Positions 8,901 to 20,900 of a stretch of 64,000 nt of DNA are shown here, piece by piece; within the stretch, counting starts at the first letter, position 1, and every line of letters begins with the position of its first letter. The DNA comes from Candidatus Parcubacteria bacterium (GTDB taxonomy: Bacteria; Patescibacteriota; Minisyncoccia; Phycocordibacterales; CAIZLB01). Position numbers and translations under genes: made by a program. A model generated the notes under the pieces. That model was not told where the DNA came from, searched no databases, and saw only the letters and a program-made list of their open reading frames with translations. Where the stretch lies: assembly GCA_039795775.1 (NCBI GenBank), contig JBDKLC010000006.1, positions 3,772 through 67,771 on the forward strand. The letters run 5' to 3'.

Positions 8901-11900
8901 ACCACCATTTGAAACAGGAGCAGTGAATGAAATTGTCGCTTCACCATTTCCTGAGACAGCACTTACGCCAGTTGGTGCACCTGGAGTAGTTACAGGCATA
9001 ACAGAATTTGATGCAATTGATGGAGAACTTGTTCCGACTGCATTTGTTGCTGTCACAGTAAAGTTATATGTTGTGCCGTTTGTTAGACCTGTTACAACCA
9101 CTGGTGATGCTCCGCTATGCACTACAAATCCTCCTGTGTTTGAAGATACTGTGTAATAAAGTACGGATGAGTATCCATCACTTGCTCCTGGTGTGAATGT
9201 TACTGTAGCTTCTCCATTCCCAGCTGTTGCAACACCAATAGTAGGTGCATCTGGAACAGTGGCTGGTGAAATTGAATTACTTGCAACTGATGCTGAGCTT
9301 GTACCCACAGCATTCGTTGCTGTCACTGTGAATGTATATGCCTGACCGTTTGTAAGACCAGTCACGATGAGTGGTGATGAAGTACCGGATGTTGTAAGTC
9401 CACCTGTATTTGAAGTAACTGTGTAGTACAAGATACTTGATCCGCCATTTGAAACAGGAGCAGTGAATGAAATTGTTGCTTGGCCATTTCCTCGAACAGC
9501 AGTGATGCTTGTTGGTGCATCAGGAACTGTCGCAGGAGTTACAGAATTTGAAGCTGTTGATGCAGTACTTGTTCCAACACCATTTGTTGCTGTCACTGTA
9601 AATGTGTATGCCTGACCATTTGTAAGACCTGTGATTGTACGTGGTGAACCATTACCTGAAGCTGTAAATCCTCCAGTGTTTGAACTTACTGTGTAATACG
9701 TAATCGCTGAACCTCCGTTTGAAACCGGTGGTGTAAATGTGATTGTGGCCTGACCATTTCCTGAAACAGCTGTGGCCCCAGTTGGAGCATCAGGAACAGT
9801 AGCTGGTGTCACAGAATTTGAAACTGAAGATGCAGTGCTTGTTCCTGCACTATTTGTCGCTGTTACAGTAAATGTATATACCTGACCGTTAGTGAGACCT
9901 GTCACAACAATCGGAGATGAACCTCCTGTTGCTGTAAAGCCTCCAGTGTTTGATGTCACTGTGTAATATGAAATTGATGCTCCTCCATTATCAACTGGTG
10001 GTGTAAATGTAATTGTCGCCTGGCCATTTCCTGCTACAGCGGTTACTCCTGTTGGTGCATTTGGCACTGTCGCTGGTGTTACAGAATTTGTTGTGGCAGA
10101 TGCAGTACTTGTTCCAGCCGCATTAGTTGCTTTCACTGTAAATGTATATGTCTGACCGTTTGTGAGACCTGTCACAACAATCGGTGATGATCCGCCTGTT
10201 GCTGTAAATCCTCCAGTGTTTGATGTCACTGTGTAGTACAAGATACTTGATCCACCGTTTGATACTGGTGGTGTAAATGTGATTGTGGCCTGACCATTTC
10301 CACCAGTTGCTGTTCCAATTGTTGGTGCATCAGGGATAGTCGCTGGAGTGACAGCATTACTTGTTGCAGAAGAAATACTTGTTCCGTTTGCATTTGTTGC
10401 TGTGACTGTGAATGTATATGTTGTGCCGTTTGTTAATCCTGTGATTGTAATTGGTGATCCTCCACTTGTTGCAGTAAAGCCACCAGGACTTGATGTAACT
10501 GTGTAAGATAAAATTTGTCCCCCTCCAGTGTTTGCTGGTGGAGTGAATGTGATTGTTGCTTGGCCATTTCCTGCTACAGCAACAATATTTGTTGGAGCAT
10601 CTGGTGCAACTTGATAATTAAAATATGGATATGTGACTGCCTCATCAATGTTCCAAATTGGAAGAGTTGTGAAATCCCAATTCGTAAATGTCGCCTGAGC
10701 TTCCATCTGTGTCGTTGTCTTTCCAGAAGTGTTTGTAGGAGTTGTCGCATTTCCTGCTCCATCTGTTTTTCCAGAAGTTGTAGTATCCCAATAACTTGAT
10801 GCCCATGTTCCACTTACTGGGTTACCTACAATTCCTCCTGCATATTGAAGTAACCCAGATGAACCTGTTGCACCTGTACTTCCATTACTTCCTCCTGTTC
10901 CACCAGTTCCTGCACTACCTCCGGCACCTCCGACTGCTCCAGAAGTTTTTGTTGCTGTCGGAACACCAGCTGAGTATGCATTAGTAACAAGAGAAGTTGC
11001 ATGACTTCCCAAAAGCCCTCCGACAAATGCACTAGCACCTGCACCTCCGATTGTTCCGTTTCCTCCGTTACCATTTGCTCCAGCAATTCCTCCTCCAGCT
11101 GCTCCGCCGTTTCCACCAGCGCCACCGGCCCCTCCAAATCCAGCAGACCCTGCTGTTGCAGTAACGTTACCAAGAGCATATGCGTTTGTAATTGTTCCAG
11201 TGTTATCTCCAACAAGTCCTCCTCCTGTCACAGCACCACCAGCGCCTCCAGTACCTCCAGATAAACCTGGTTGACCAGCACCACCGTTACCTGAACCACC
11301 AGATCCGCCCACACCTCCACTGCCTCCTTTTCCTCCAGTTCCTCCAGCAGCACCATTTCCTCCTGTCATTGTTACTGTTGTTGATGCATAGCTGTTACTA
11401 AAAGATCCAGTAGAAATGTTAGAACCAATAAGTCCTCCGGCAATACTTGCTCCACCAGTTCCTCCACCTGATCCTCCAGCGGCAGCTCCTCCGGCTCCTC
11501 CGGCAAGAGTTCCACCATTTCCTCCAGTTCCAGATGTACCTCGTACCCCTGCCGCTCCTCCGTTGCCTCCAACTGTTGTAACGGTGCCAGCTGTCCAAGA
11601 ATTTGATACAACTCCAGCCGTAAAGTTATAACCGATAAGACCTCCAGCATGTAATGCACCACCGTTTCCTGCATCTGCAGTTACACCTTGGTTACCACCT
11701 GCACCTCCAGCACCTGTTGCTCCACCAGTTCCTCCGTTACCTCCATTTCCTCCGTTTCCGCCCGCGCCTCCAGTAGCACCAGTAACTGAAACAGCACCAA
11801 CTGAGTAAACCGTTGAAATTGTACCGAGGTTATACCCTGTAAATCCACCACCGTATTTAACACCGCCAGCAGCACCAGTAGCACTTGCACCGGCATTAGC

Positions 11901-14900
11901 TCCAGCGCCTCCATTTCCTGCAAAAACACCGTTACCACCATTTCCTCCGTTACCAGCGATTCCACCGTTTCCTCCTGCTCCGCCAGAAAGTGTCAAACTT
12001 CCTGTTGAGTATGAATCTTTAACAATTCTTGTTGTTTCGTTTCTACCAATAAATCCTCCACCATACCCAATACCACCAGCACCTCCAGATGTTGCAGCTC
12101 CACCAAGACCACCGTTTGCTCCAGCGCCTCCTGATCCGACAGCACCGTTTGCACCGTTACCTCCTGTGCCTCCAGTACCTCCAGTTCCGGCAGTTCCAAC
12201 TACATTTGAAGTTGAATACGAGTTGAGCTGAACTGTTCCGTCATTTCTACCAATAAGTCCTCCAACATATAAAGTACCAGCAGCTCCTGCAGCACCAGCT
12301 GAACCACCCGCACCTCCAGTCGAAGCGATTCCTGCGGCCCCTCCATTTCCACCTGTTCCTCCTTGTCCACCGTTACCACTTGTTCCTGTTACAGTTGTAC
12401 CAACAGCATAACTTGTAGTAATCGTGTTTAAAGCGTTCACGTTGTACCCAATAAGACCACCAGCATAACTATCACCGCCAGCTCCGGCTGCACCACCAGT
12501 AGCTCCTGGCCCACCAATACCAGCACTCAAAGATGCATCAGCACCATTTCCACCTGTTCCTCCTTGTCCACCATTTCTTGCAAGTGATGTAACACTTCCT
12601 GTTGCATACGAATTCAAAATAACTCCGGTTGCAGCATTAATTCCAACAAGTCCTCCGGCATACGATGCTCCTCCGGCTCCAGTTGTTCCAACGGTTCCTC
12701 CCGCAGCACCTGTTGTTACTGTTCCACTCGTACTTGCTCCTCCGGCTCCACCAGTTCCTGCAGTACCAACATTTCCACTTGTTGATGTGACATTTCCTGT
12801 TGCATAAGAAACACTTTCAATAATTCCTCCACCAGCAAGAGCGGCTGTTCCATTTGTTCCAATAAGTCCACCGGCATATGCAGCACCTCCAGCTCCAGAT
12901 GCACCTCCGGCTCCACCAACACCTCCAATAGCTGCTGTTCCACCAGCGCCACCAATCACACCATTAGCACCATTTCCACTAGCACCTCCCACAGCATTTA
13001 CTGCACGTGTTGAATAACTTGTTGTAATTTGTAAGTTGTTACTTGCTGTTGCATTGGCTTGTCCAACAAGTCCTCCAGCATATGCTGCTCCTCCAGCAGC
13101 ACTCGCACCAGATGCACCTGTTGCTCCTCCCGCAGCGGCGACTGCTCCTCCTGCCGTTGATGTTCCTGCGCTTCCGCCATTTCCTGATGCACCACCAGTT
13201 GCAGTAACACTTCCTGTTGTTGAGTAATTATTCACATAATGAATAAATCCAGTTGTAACGCTTGTTAGTCCGACGAGTCCGCCAGCGTCAGCTTCACCTC
13301 CAATACCTGACGCTCCTCCAGCCCCGCCAGCACCACCGATTGTTCCTCCTGTTCCACCGTTTCCACCTAAGTTTCCAGTTGCACCAACACCACCTCGAGC
13401 ACTCACTAAACCTGTTGAATACGAACCCGTAATATCACTTTGTGCAGGCGTTGTCGTGATTCGGTGAATACCAATAAGTCCACCGGCATATGCAGCACCT
13501 CCAGCAGGTGGAGTAAGTACAGCTCCACCTCCCGCTCCTCCAGCAGCACCAGATGCTGACGCTCCACCATTTCCACCAGTTCCTTGAGTTCCTCCATTAC
13601 CTCCAGTTGAACTTGCGAATCCTGTTGCATAAACAGATATGTAATCAATTGAACCAGTTGTTAAGTTGCTGAATCCAACAAGTCCACCGGCATCAGCCTC
13701 ACCACCCACTCCGGCAACACCACCCAAACCTCCAGTTGCACCTGCGTGTGTAGAACTTCCCGTAGAACCATTTCCTCCAACACCTCCAGCACCACCGTTT
13801 CCACCAGTTCCACTTGTAACAGAAATATTTCCAGTAGCATAAGAATTGTTAATCTGCATCACTTGCGTTGTTCCTGTGATACGACCAACCAAGCCGCCAC
13901 CATATGTAGCAGCACCCGCGCCTCCAACCCCTCCAACCCCAGCAACAGCAGCGGTTCCACTTGACTGACCTGAACCTGATGTACCTCCTGTTCCTCCCGC
14001 GCCTCCATTTCCTCCGTTACCACCTGTTACAGAAATATGTACGGTTGAATATGAACCTCCTTGAATTGATCCTATTGTTGAAAGATAATCACCGACAAGC
14101 CCACCGAACGCACGGATACCTCCAGCACCTCCTGCGCCGCCAACAGCACCCACACCTCCGTTGTTTGCTCCAACACCGGCTCCACCGTTTCCTCCAGTAC
14201 CTCCGTTGCCTCCGTTTTGTTCAGTTCCTGAAATAGTTAACGTGTCAGCATATGAAGATGTGATAACTCCAGAACTAAATCCAATAAGTCCTCCAGCAAA
14301 AGCTCCAGATGATGCGCCTCCGACACCCGCAGTACCAAGACCTCCAGCTCCACCAACGCCGCCAGCTGCAAGTCCTGAACCTCCGTTTCCTGCATTTCCA
14401 CCATTTCCTGCTGATCCACCTGTAACTGTGATATTACCTTTTCCTGAGCCAGCATCGAAACTAGCGTAGGAAGAAATAACATCAGCTGTTGAATATCCAG
14501 CGAGACCTCCAGCATAAATAATTCCAGACGCACCTCCTGCGCCAGGTACACTTCCTGCAGCTCCAGTGTTTGCACCTGCAGAAATACCAGCAGATCCATT
14601 TACACCAGAACCACCTGTCACTATCAATGAAGTTTTTGAAAATGACGCAGCTTCAATAACACCGGTTGTATATCCAACAAGTCCTCCTGCATATACTGCA
14701 CCTCCGGCGCCTCCAGCTGCTCCCGCACCTCCAACACCATAAACTGCACTACCAGTTCCAATTCCACCTGTTCCTCCAAGAGCCGCAGCTCCACCATTTC
14801 CACCTGTTGCAGTTACCGTTCCTGTTTGTGCGTAACTTGTAGTAATAGTTCCCAAAATATTTTGACCAACAAGACCTCCGGCTTGCACTGATGCAGCAAG

Positions 14901-17900
14901 TGTAATAGCAGCTGCACCTCCAGCTCCTCCTGCACCTCCCGCACCTCCAATATGGTTTGTACCTAATGATCCATCACCACCTGCTCCACCAACGCCTCCA
15001 GCTCCTCCGTTACCACCGACAGCAGTCACGCTGGTTGTGGCGTACGAATTTGTAATACTTGCAGAAACAGCTGTAACACCATTTCTACCAACGAGTCCTC
15101 CAACAGAAACTGCACCACCAACACCTCCAGCTGCACCTGTACCTCCAGCTGCAGCAGTACCGTTTGTAATAGATCCCGAAGCACCTCCGGCTCCACCGGC
15201 ACCACCATTTCCTCCATTTCCACTTGTTGCAGTAACAGAACCACCAACATGATATGAGTTCAAAATTGCAGATGTGTTGTCACCAACCAATCCTCCGGTG
15301 AAGTTAACACCTCCAGCTGCGCCAATAGTTCCAGAGGTTCCAGCTGTACCAGCTACAGAAGAACCCCCAGCTCCTCCTGCACCTCCGGCACCTGAGTTTC
15401 CTCCGTTACCTGATGTTCCTTGTATAGTTCCTGATGAAAATGAATTAACAATATCACCTGAAGTTACTAAGCCAACCAACCCTCCAGTATATGACGCACC
15501 TCCAAGACCAGCTCCACCTCCAGCTCCTCCGGCACCTCCAACTTGTCCAGCTCCACCAGTTGCACCTGCTCCACCATTTCCGGCATTTCCTCCGTTACCT
15601 GCAACAACCGTAACATTTCCAGATGCTGTAGATGATGCAATTGCAACAAGTGTGTTTGTAAAACCAACAAGTCCTCCACCATATGCAAATCCTCCAGCAC
15701 CTCCAATACCACCGTTACCACCAGCTCCTCCGACAACAGCACTTATTGCAGCAGCACCCGCGCCTCCAACTTGTCCTGTTCCACCGTTACCACCATTAAC
15801 TGTGATATTCCCTGTAGCATATGAATTTACAATATTTTGTGCAGCACCAGAGTTGTAACCTTCAAGTCCTCCTGCATAAACAGCAAGACCGACAGCACCA
15901 CCTCCACCTCCAGCTCCTCCAGTACTTCCAGCTGCACCGTTTACACCTGCAACTCCTGCGCCTCCGGCTCCTCCATTTCCTGATGTTACTGTGACGTTGT
16001 TTGTTGAATAGACTGTATCGATAAGTACAGATACAAGTGAACTAAATCCAATTGCGCCGCCAGCATACACTGGACCAACAACACCGCCAGTTCCTCCTGC
16101 ACCTCCTACTCCATTTCTTCCACTTCCAGACCCACCAACTCCTCCCGCACCTCCGGTTGCTCCGACACCACCATTTCCTCCAACTGTAACAGTGATAGTG
16201 CCCCCAGTTGCACTAGATTTTTGAATATTACCGTTTCCTTGCCCAACAAGTCCTCCAATATATACTGCGCCTCCAGAAGATCCGGCGCCTCCCGCACCTC
16301 CAATTCCTCCCGCGTGACCTCCTGTGCCGAGAGATCCGTTGCCTCCAACTCCACCAACTCCACCATTTCCTCCATTTCTTCCAACAGCAGTTAGACTTCC
16401 AATAACTACTGAATCAACAATTACTCCTGAGTTATCACCCGCAAGTCCTCCTATATATGCAGCGCCACCGATACCACCAGCACCTCCGGCTCCGCCAGTT
16501 GCACCAGCACCAGCAGCAATATTTCCTGATGCTCCCGCATTTCCTCCAGTACCTCCAGTTCCAGGAACTCCACCCAACGCAGTAATAGATGTAATTGTAT
16601 AAGTCACATCATGAATTACTCCGGCATTAAATCCGAGTATTCCACCACTTGCAGCAAGTCCACCGTTTCCTCCAGCACCAGCTGCACCTCCAACACCTCC
16701 AATTGCGCCAGCTGTACTTCCGCCATTTCCTCCGTTACCTCCTGTAGCTCCGTTTCCACCAGCTCCTCCAAGAGAAGCTACTGTTCCTGTTGTATTTGGA
16801 ATTGAGATTGTTGTACCGAGTACAGTGTCGTTACCAATAACGCCTCCCGCATACGCTGCGCCTCCTGTAAAACCTGATCCACCTCCAACACCCGCAACTC
16901 CAACGACACCAGCGCCACTTGCTCCGCCATTTCCTCCGACACCACCGTTTCCTCCGGCGCCTCCATTTGCATACACACTTCCACTTGCATATGAATCAGA
17001 TGCAACTGATCCCGAGTTAAAACCAACGAGACCTCCTGCAGCTGCGACACCTCCAGAAACTCCGGCACTCCCTGCTACACCTGTACCTCCACTGAACGCA
17101 CCAGTCGAAGAACCTCCTGAACTACCTGCAAGACCATTTGCACCAGCACCTCCAGTCGATGTTGCGTTACCACTCGCGTATGACGCTCCTTGAATAATTC
17201 CGTTTGTAGAGTTGAATCCAATCAAACCACCTGCATATGCGACACCACCCACGTTTGTTCCTGCTGCACCAGCTGCACCTCCTGCTCCTCCAGCAGAAAA
17301 GCTACTTGCTCCACCGTTTCCTCCAGAACCGTTTGAACTTCCAGCGCCACCAGTTGCAATAGCATTTCCTGTTGCGTAAGAATTATTTATTACACCTGTA
17401 TTGATTCCCACAGCGCCTCCGGCATAACTCGCTGCACCAACAACACCAATACCACCAGTACCTCCAACTGCGCCTGTTCCTGCCGCACCACCATTTCCTC
17501 CAACACCTGAAGTTCCAGAAGTAGAACTCGCAAGTATAAATGAGTGAGAATTATTTATTGTTCCCGCAGAGTTAAAAGCAATTATTCCTCCGGCGTATCC
17601 AATGGCGCCAGCTCCACCTGCTCCACCAGTTCCACCGATTGCACCAAGCGCTCCTGTTCCAGCAGTTCCTCCAGCGCCTCCATTTACTCCGGCTCCTCCG
17701 TTACCTCCAATAACAGTTGCAGCTCCAGATTCAATATATGTATTTATAATAATTGCTGTGTTTAATCCTGCGATACCTCCGGCATATCCAACTGCACCCG
17801 CACCACCAGCACCTCCAGCGGCTCCTGCAGCACCAGTACTTGAAGATCCTCCTGTAGCATTACTTCCACCAAGCCCTGCTGCTCCTCCATTTGCTCCAGC

Positions 17901-20900
17901 AGAAGCTGTAGCAGAAATAATTCCACTTGCGTAAGAATTTTGAATTGTGTTTGTGTTGTTACCGACAATTCCTGCAGCATATGCAATTGCTCCTGCACCT
18001 CCGGCTCCACCGGCACCACCCACGGCTCCTGCACCAACAAATGTTCCTACTGATGCTCCACCGTTTCCACCAATTCCTCCAACCTGAGCAATTCCGGCAA
18101 CTGAAGTTATATTTCCAGTTGAATATGAAGAAGCTTGAATAACACCAGCACTCTGTCCAACAACACCACCTGCTGTTGAAACGGCGCCAGCACCGCCCGC
18201 ACCGGCTGTTGCACCAACACCTCCCGCAAAGTTTGTTCCACCAACACCACCATTTCCTCCGTTACCAGCAGTACCTCCATTACCAGCATCCACAATAATA
18301 TTGCCTGTATTGTAACTTGCAGAAACAGTTCCCAACACGATGTTACCTGCAACACCTCCACCAAAAGCAGCACCGCCAGTTCCTCCAGCAGCTCCTGCTC
18401 CACCTGCACCTCCAGTGTTTGAAGTTCCAGCACCACCATTTCCTCCGTTACCACCAGCTCCACCGTTTCCTCCATAAGCTGTGATAGTACCTGATGAATA
18501 TGAATTTGAAATTTCACCGTTGTTCAAAAAACCAACAACACCTCCAACATATGAAATACCTCCAGTTGATCCAACACTTCCAGCAACTCCTGCAACACCC
18601 GTAGTAAATGAATACCCATCACCACCACTTGCACCTGCACCTCCGGCACCAGATGTACCTGTTACGTCTCCTGTTGAATATGAATTTAAAATAGATGTTC
18701 CTGTATTGTGTCCAACCACACCACCGGCATAAACGATTCCTCCTCCGACAGCAGCTCCTGCTGCACCTCGTGTACCTCCAGTCCAAGCACCTCCAGCACC
18801 TCCCACTCCCGCAGCACCGCCCGCTCCTGCTGTTCCAGTGATTGCACCTGTTGTATGAGAACTATTAATTATAGAAAGAGTGCTGTTACCTGCAATTCCA
18901 CCAATATATAAAATACCTGCAGCCCCTCCGGTACCTCCAGCAAGTCCAGCGAGTCCTGTCTGTGCAGCGACTCCAGTTCCACCTGTTCCACCAGCACCGG
19001 CTTGGCCAGTCACAGCATTTGTAGACGAAGTATTTTGAATTACTCCCGTATTACTTCCAACAAGGCCTCCAGCATATGTAGCAACTACAGCAGCAGATCC
19101 TCCAGTTCCAGATGCACCTCCGGCACCAGATGTACCAGCTGAACCTTTTGCTCCTCCTGCTCCACCTATTCCACCAGTTCCTCCAGCACCACCAGTCACA
19201 GTAACAAGTCCAGTAGTTGAACTTGCAGAAGTAATTATTCCAGAATTTAATCCAACAAGTCCACCCGCATATGCTGCTCCTCCAGCTCCACCGTTTCCTG
19301 CGGCACCTCCAGCACCTCCAGTTCCAGAAGTTGTTAATGCAGCACTACCTCCTGCACCTCCGGCTGTTCCGTTTTTTCCAGCAGAACCTGTAGCAGTAAC
19401 AGCACCCGTTGCATAAACAGTAGATGATGCACCAGTAATAACTCCTGAAATACCATTTTGTCCAACCAATCCTCCGGCGTATGCAATTGCTCCAGCTCCA
19501 CCAGCACCTCCGGCTGCAGTTCCACTTGATGCTGCAACAGCTACTGAAGCTGCTGCTGATGCACCACTTGCGCTACCGGCTGAACCATTACCCGGTGTTC
19601 CACCAAATGCTTGCACAATACCTGTTGCATAACTTCCGTTCAGGATTGTGCCAGAGTTGTTTCCAGCAAGACCTCCGGCATACGCTGTTCCAGCTGCTCC
19701 ACCAGCAGCTCCTAATGCACCAAGCCCACCAATGTTTGCACCTCCGACACCAGTTCCAGCGTTACCTCCGTTACCAGCTGTTCCTGCATTTCCTCCCGCT
19801 CCACCTCTTGCTGTTACATTTCCAGTACTAAAAGAAGTTGAAACTGTTCCCGCTTGAATCCATCCGACAATTCCACCGACATATGCAATGTTACCCGCAC
19901 CGGCGCCTCCGGCTGCACCTCCGGCTCCACCGATACCAGTTCCAACTCCTGCAACAGAACCGTTTCCTCCATTTCCTGCGTTACCACTTGCACCTCCAGC
20001 TCCACCTGTTCCAACAACTGTTGCAGAACTTGTTGCAGTTGTAATACTTCCTTGTTGAGAATATCCGACAACACCTCCAACATATGCAAGACCTCCGGTT
20101 GCAGCAGCGTTGTTTGCCGCCGCTGCACCAGTTCCTCCTGTAGTTGCACCGGTTGTTGTGTTACCTCCGTTTCCACTATTTCCTCCGGCACCTCCTGATC
20201 CTCCTACACCGTTAATAGTTCCGGCAACACTTACATTTGTAATTGTTCCTGTGTTGTATCCAACCAAACCTCCCAAATACAAAGTTGCTCCAGCAGTACC
20301 GGCTCCACCAGCTGTACCACTTGTCGGTGTTGCACCATCTGATCCGTTTGTACCGGTTGTACCAACTGTGCCTGCAGTACTTGTGGCAGAAATAGAAACA
20401 CCAGAGAGAGTTACATCTTTAATAAGGTTTGTAGAATATCCAAAAAGACCGACATAACTCGACGTTGTTGTACTGATATACAAATTATTAATCGCAAAGT
20501 TGTTACCATCAAAAATACCTGCAAATGGAGTTGCGACGTTACCGATTGGATCAAACCCAACACCAGAACTCCAACCACTTGTAGTAGCGGCATCAATATT
20601 GTTATTGAGTTTAAATGAGCTCGACAAGTTTGTCTTCATTCCCTGCAAACCATACACATCAAAAACAATAAATGGATCTGAACTGATTCCAATTCCTGTA
20701 TATCGTCGGAATGTTCCAGCTGTGATAGAAAAACTTCCTGATACTGACAATGTGTTTGTTCCAGGATCAGTGGCAGTAAAAGTCGCCGCAGAAACTTGTG
20801 CATAGTTTCCAGATTGTCCTCCGGAATTTGTAATTGTAAGGTTAGCGTTTTGGAGAATAGTGCCTGTAAAACCATTAATAGTGAGAGAGCCTATAGTTCT

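Noticed and set aside
7099-9156. Plus-strand ORFs with repeated VAGVTEFE...TVNVYVVPF peptides (7099..7536, 8152..8754, 8893..9156)
   Set aside because: They are the antisense reading of the 270-bp FN3 coding repeats. Their periodicity simply mirrors the sense-strand repeat.
6560-10640. Possible CRISPR array, suggested by the regular 270-bp direct repeats
   Set aside because: The repeats are 270 bp long, contiguous, in-frame and protein-coding (FN3 domains). There are no short repeat/spacer units and no cas genes.
10515-20457. Numerous plus-strand ORFs encoding Pro/Ala/Thr-rich peptides (for example 15274..15858 at 194 aa, 16825..17193, 17602..17934, 20110..20457)
   Set aside because: They are the antisense of the GGN-codon-rich GLUG/Gly repeat region of the giant minus-strand gene. 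CCN-rich antisense DNA gives long stop-free frames with no independent coding evidence.
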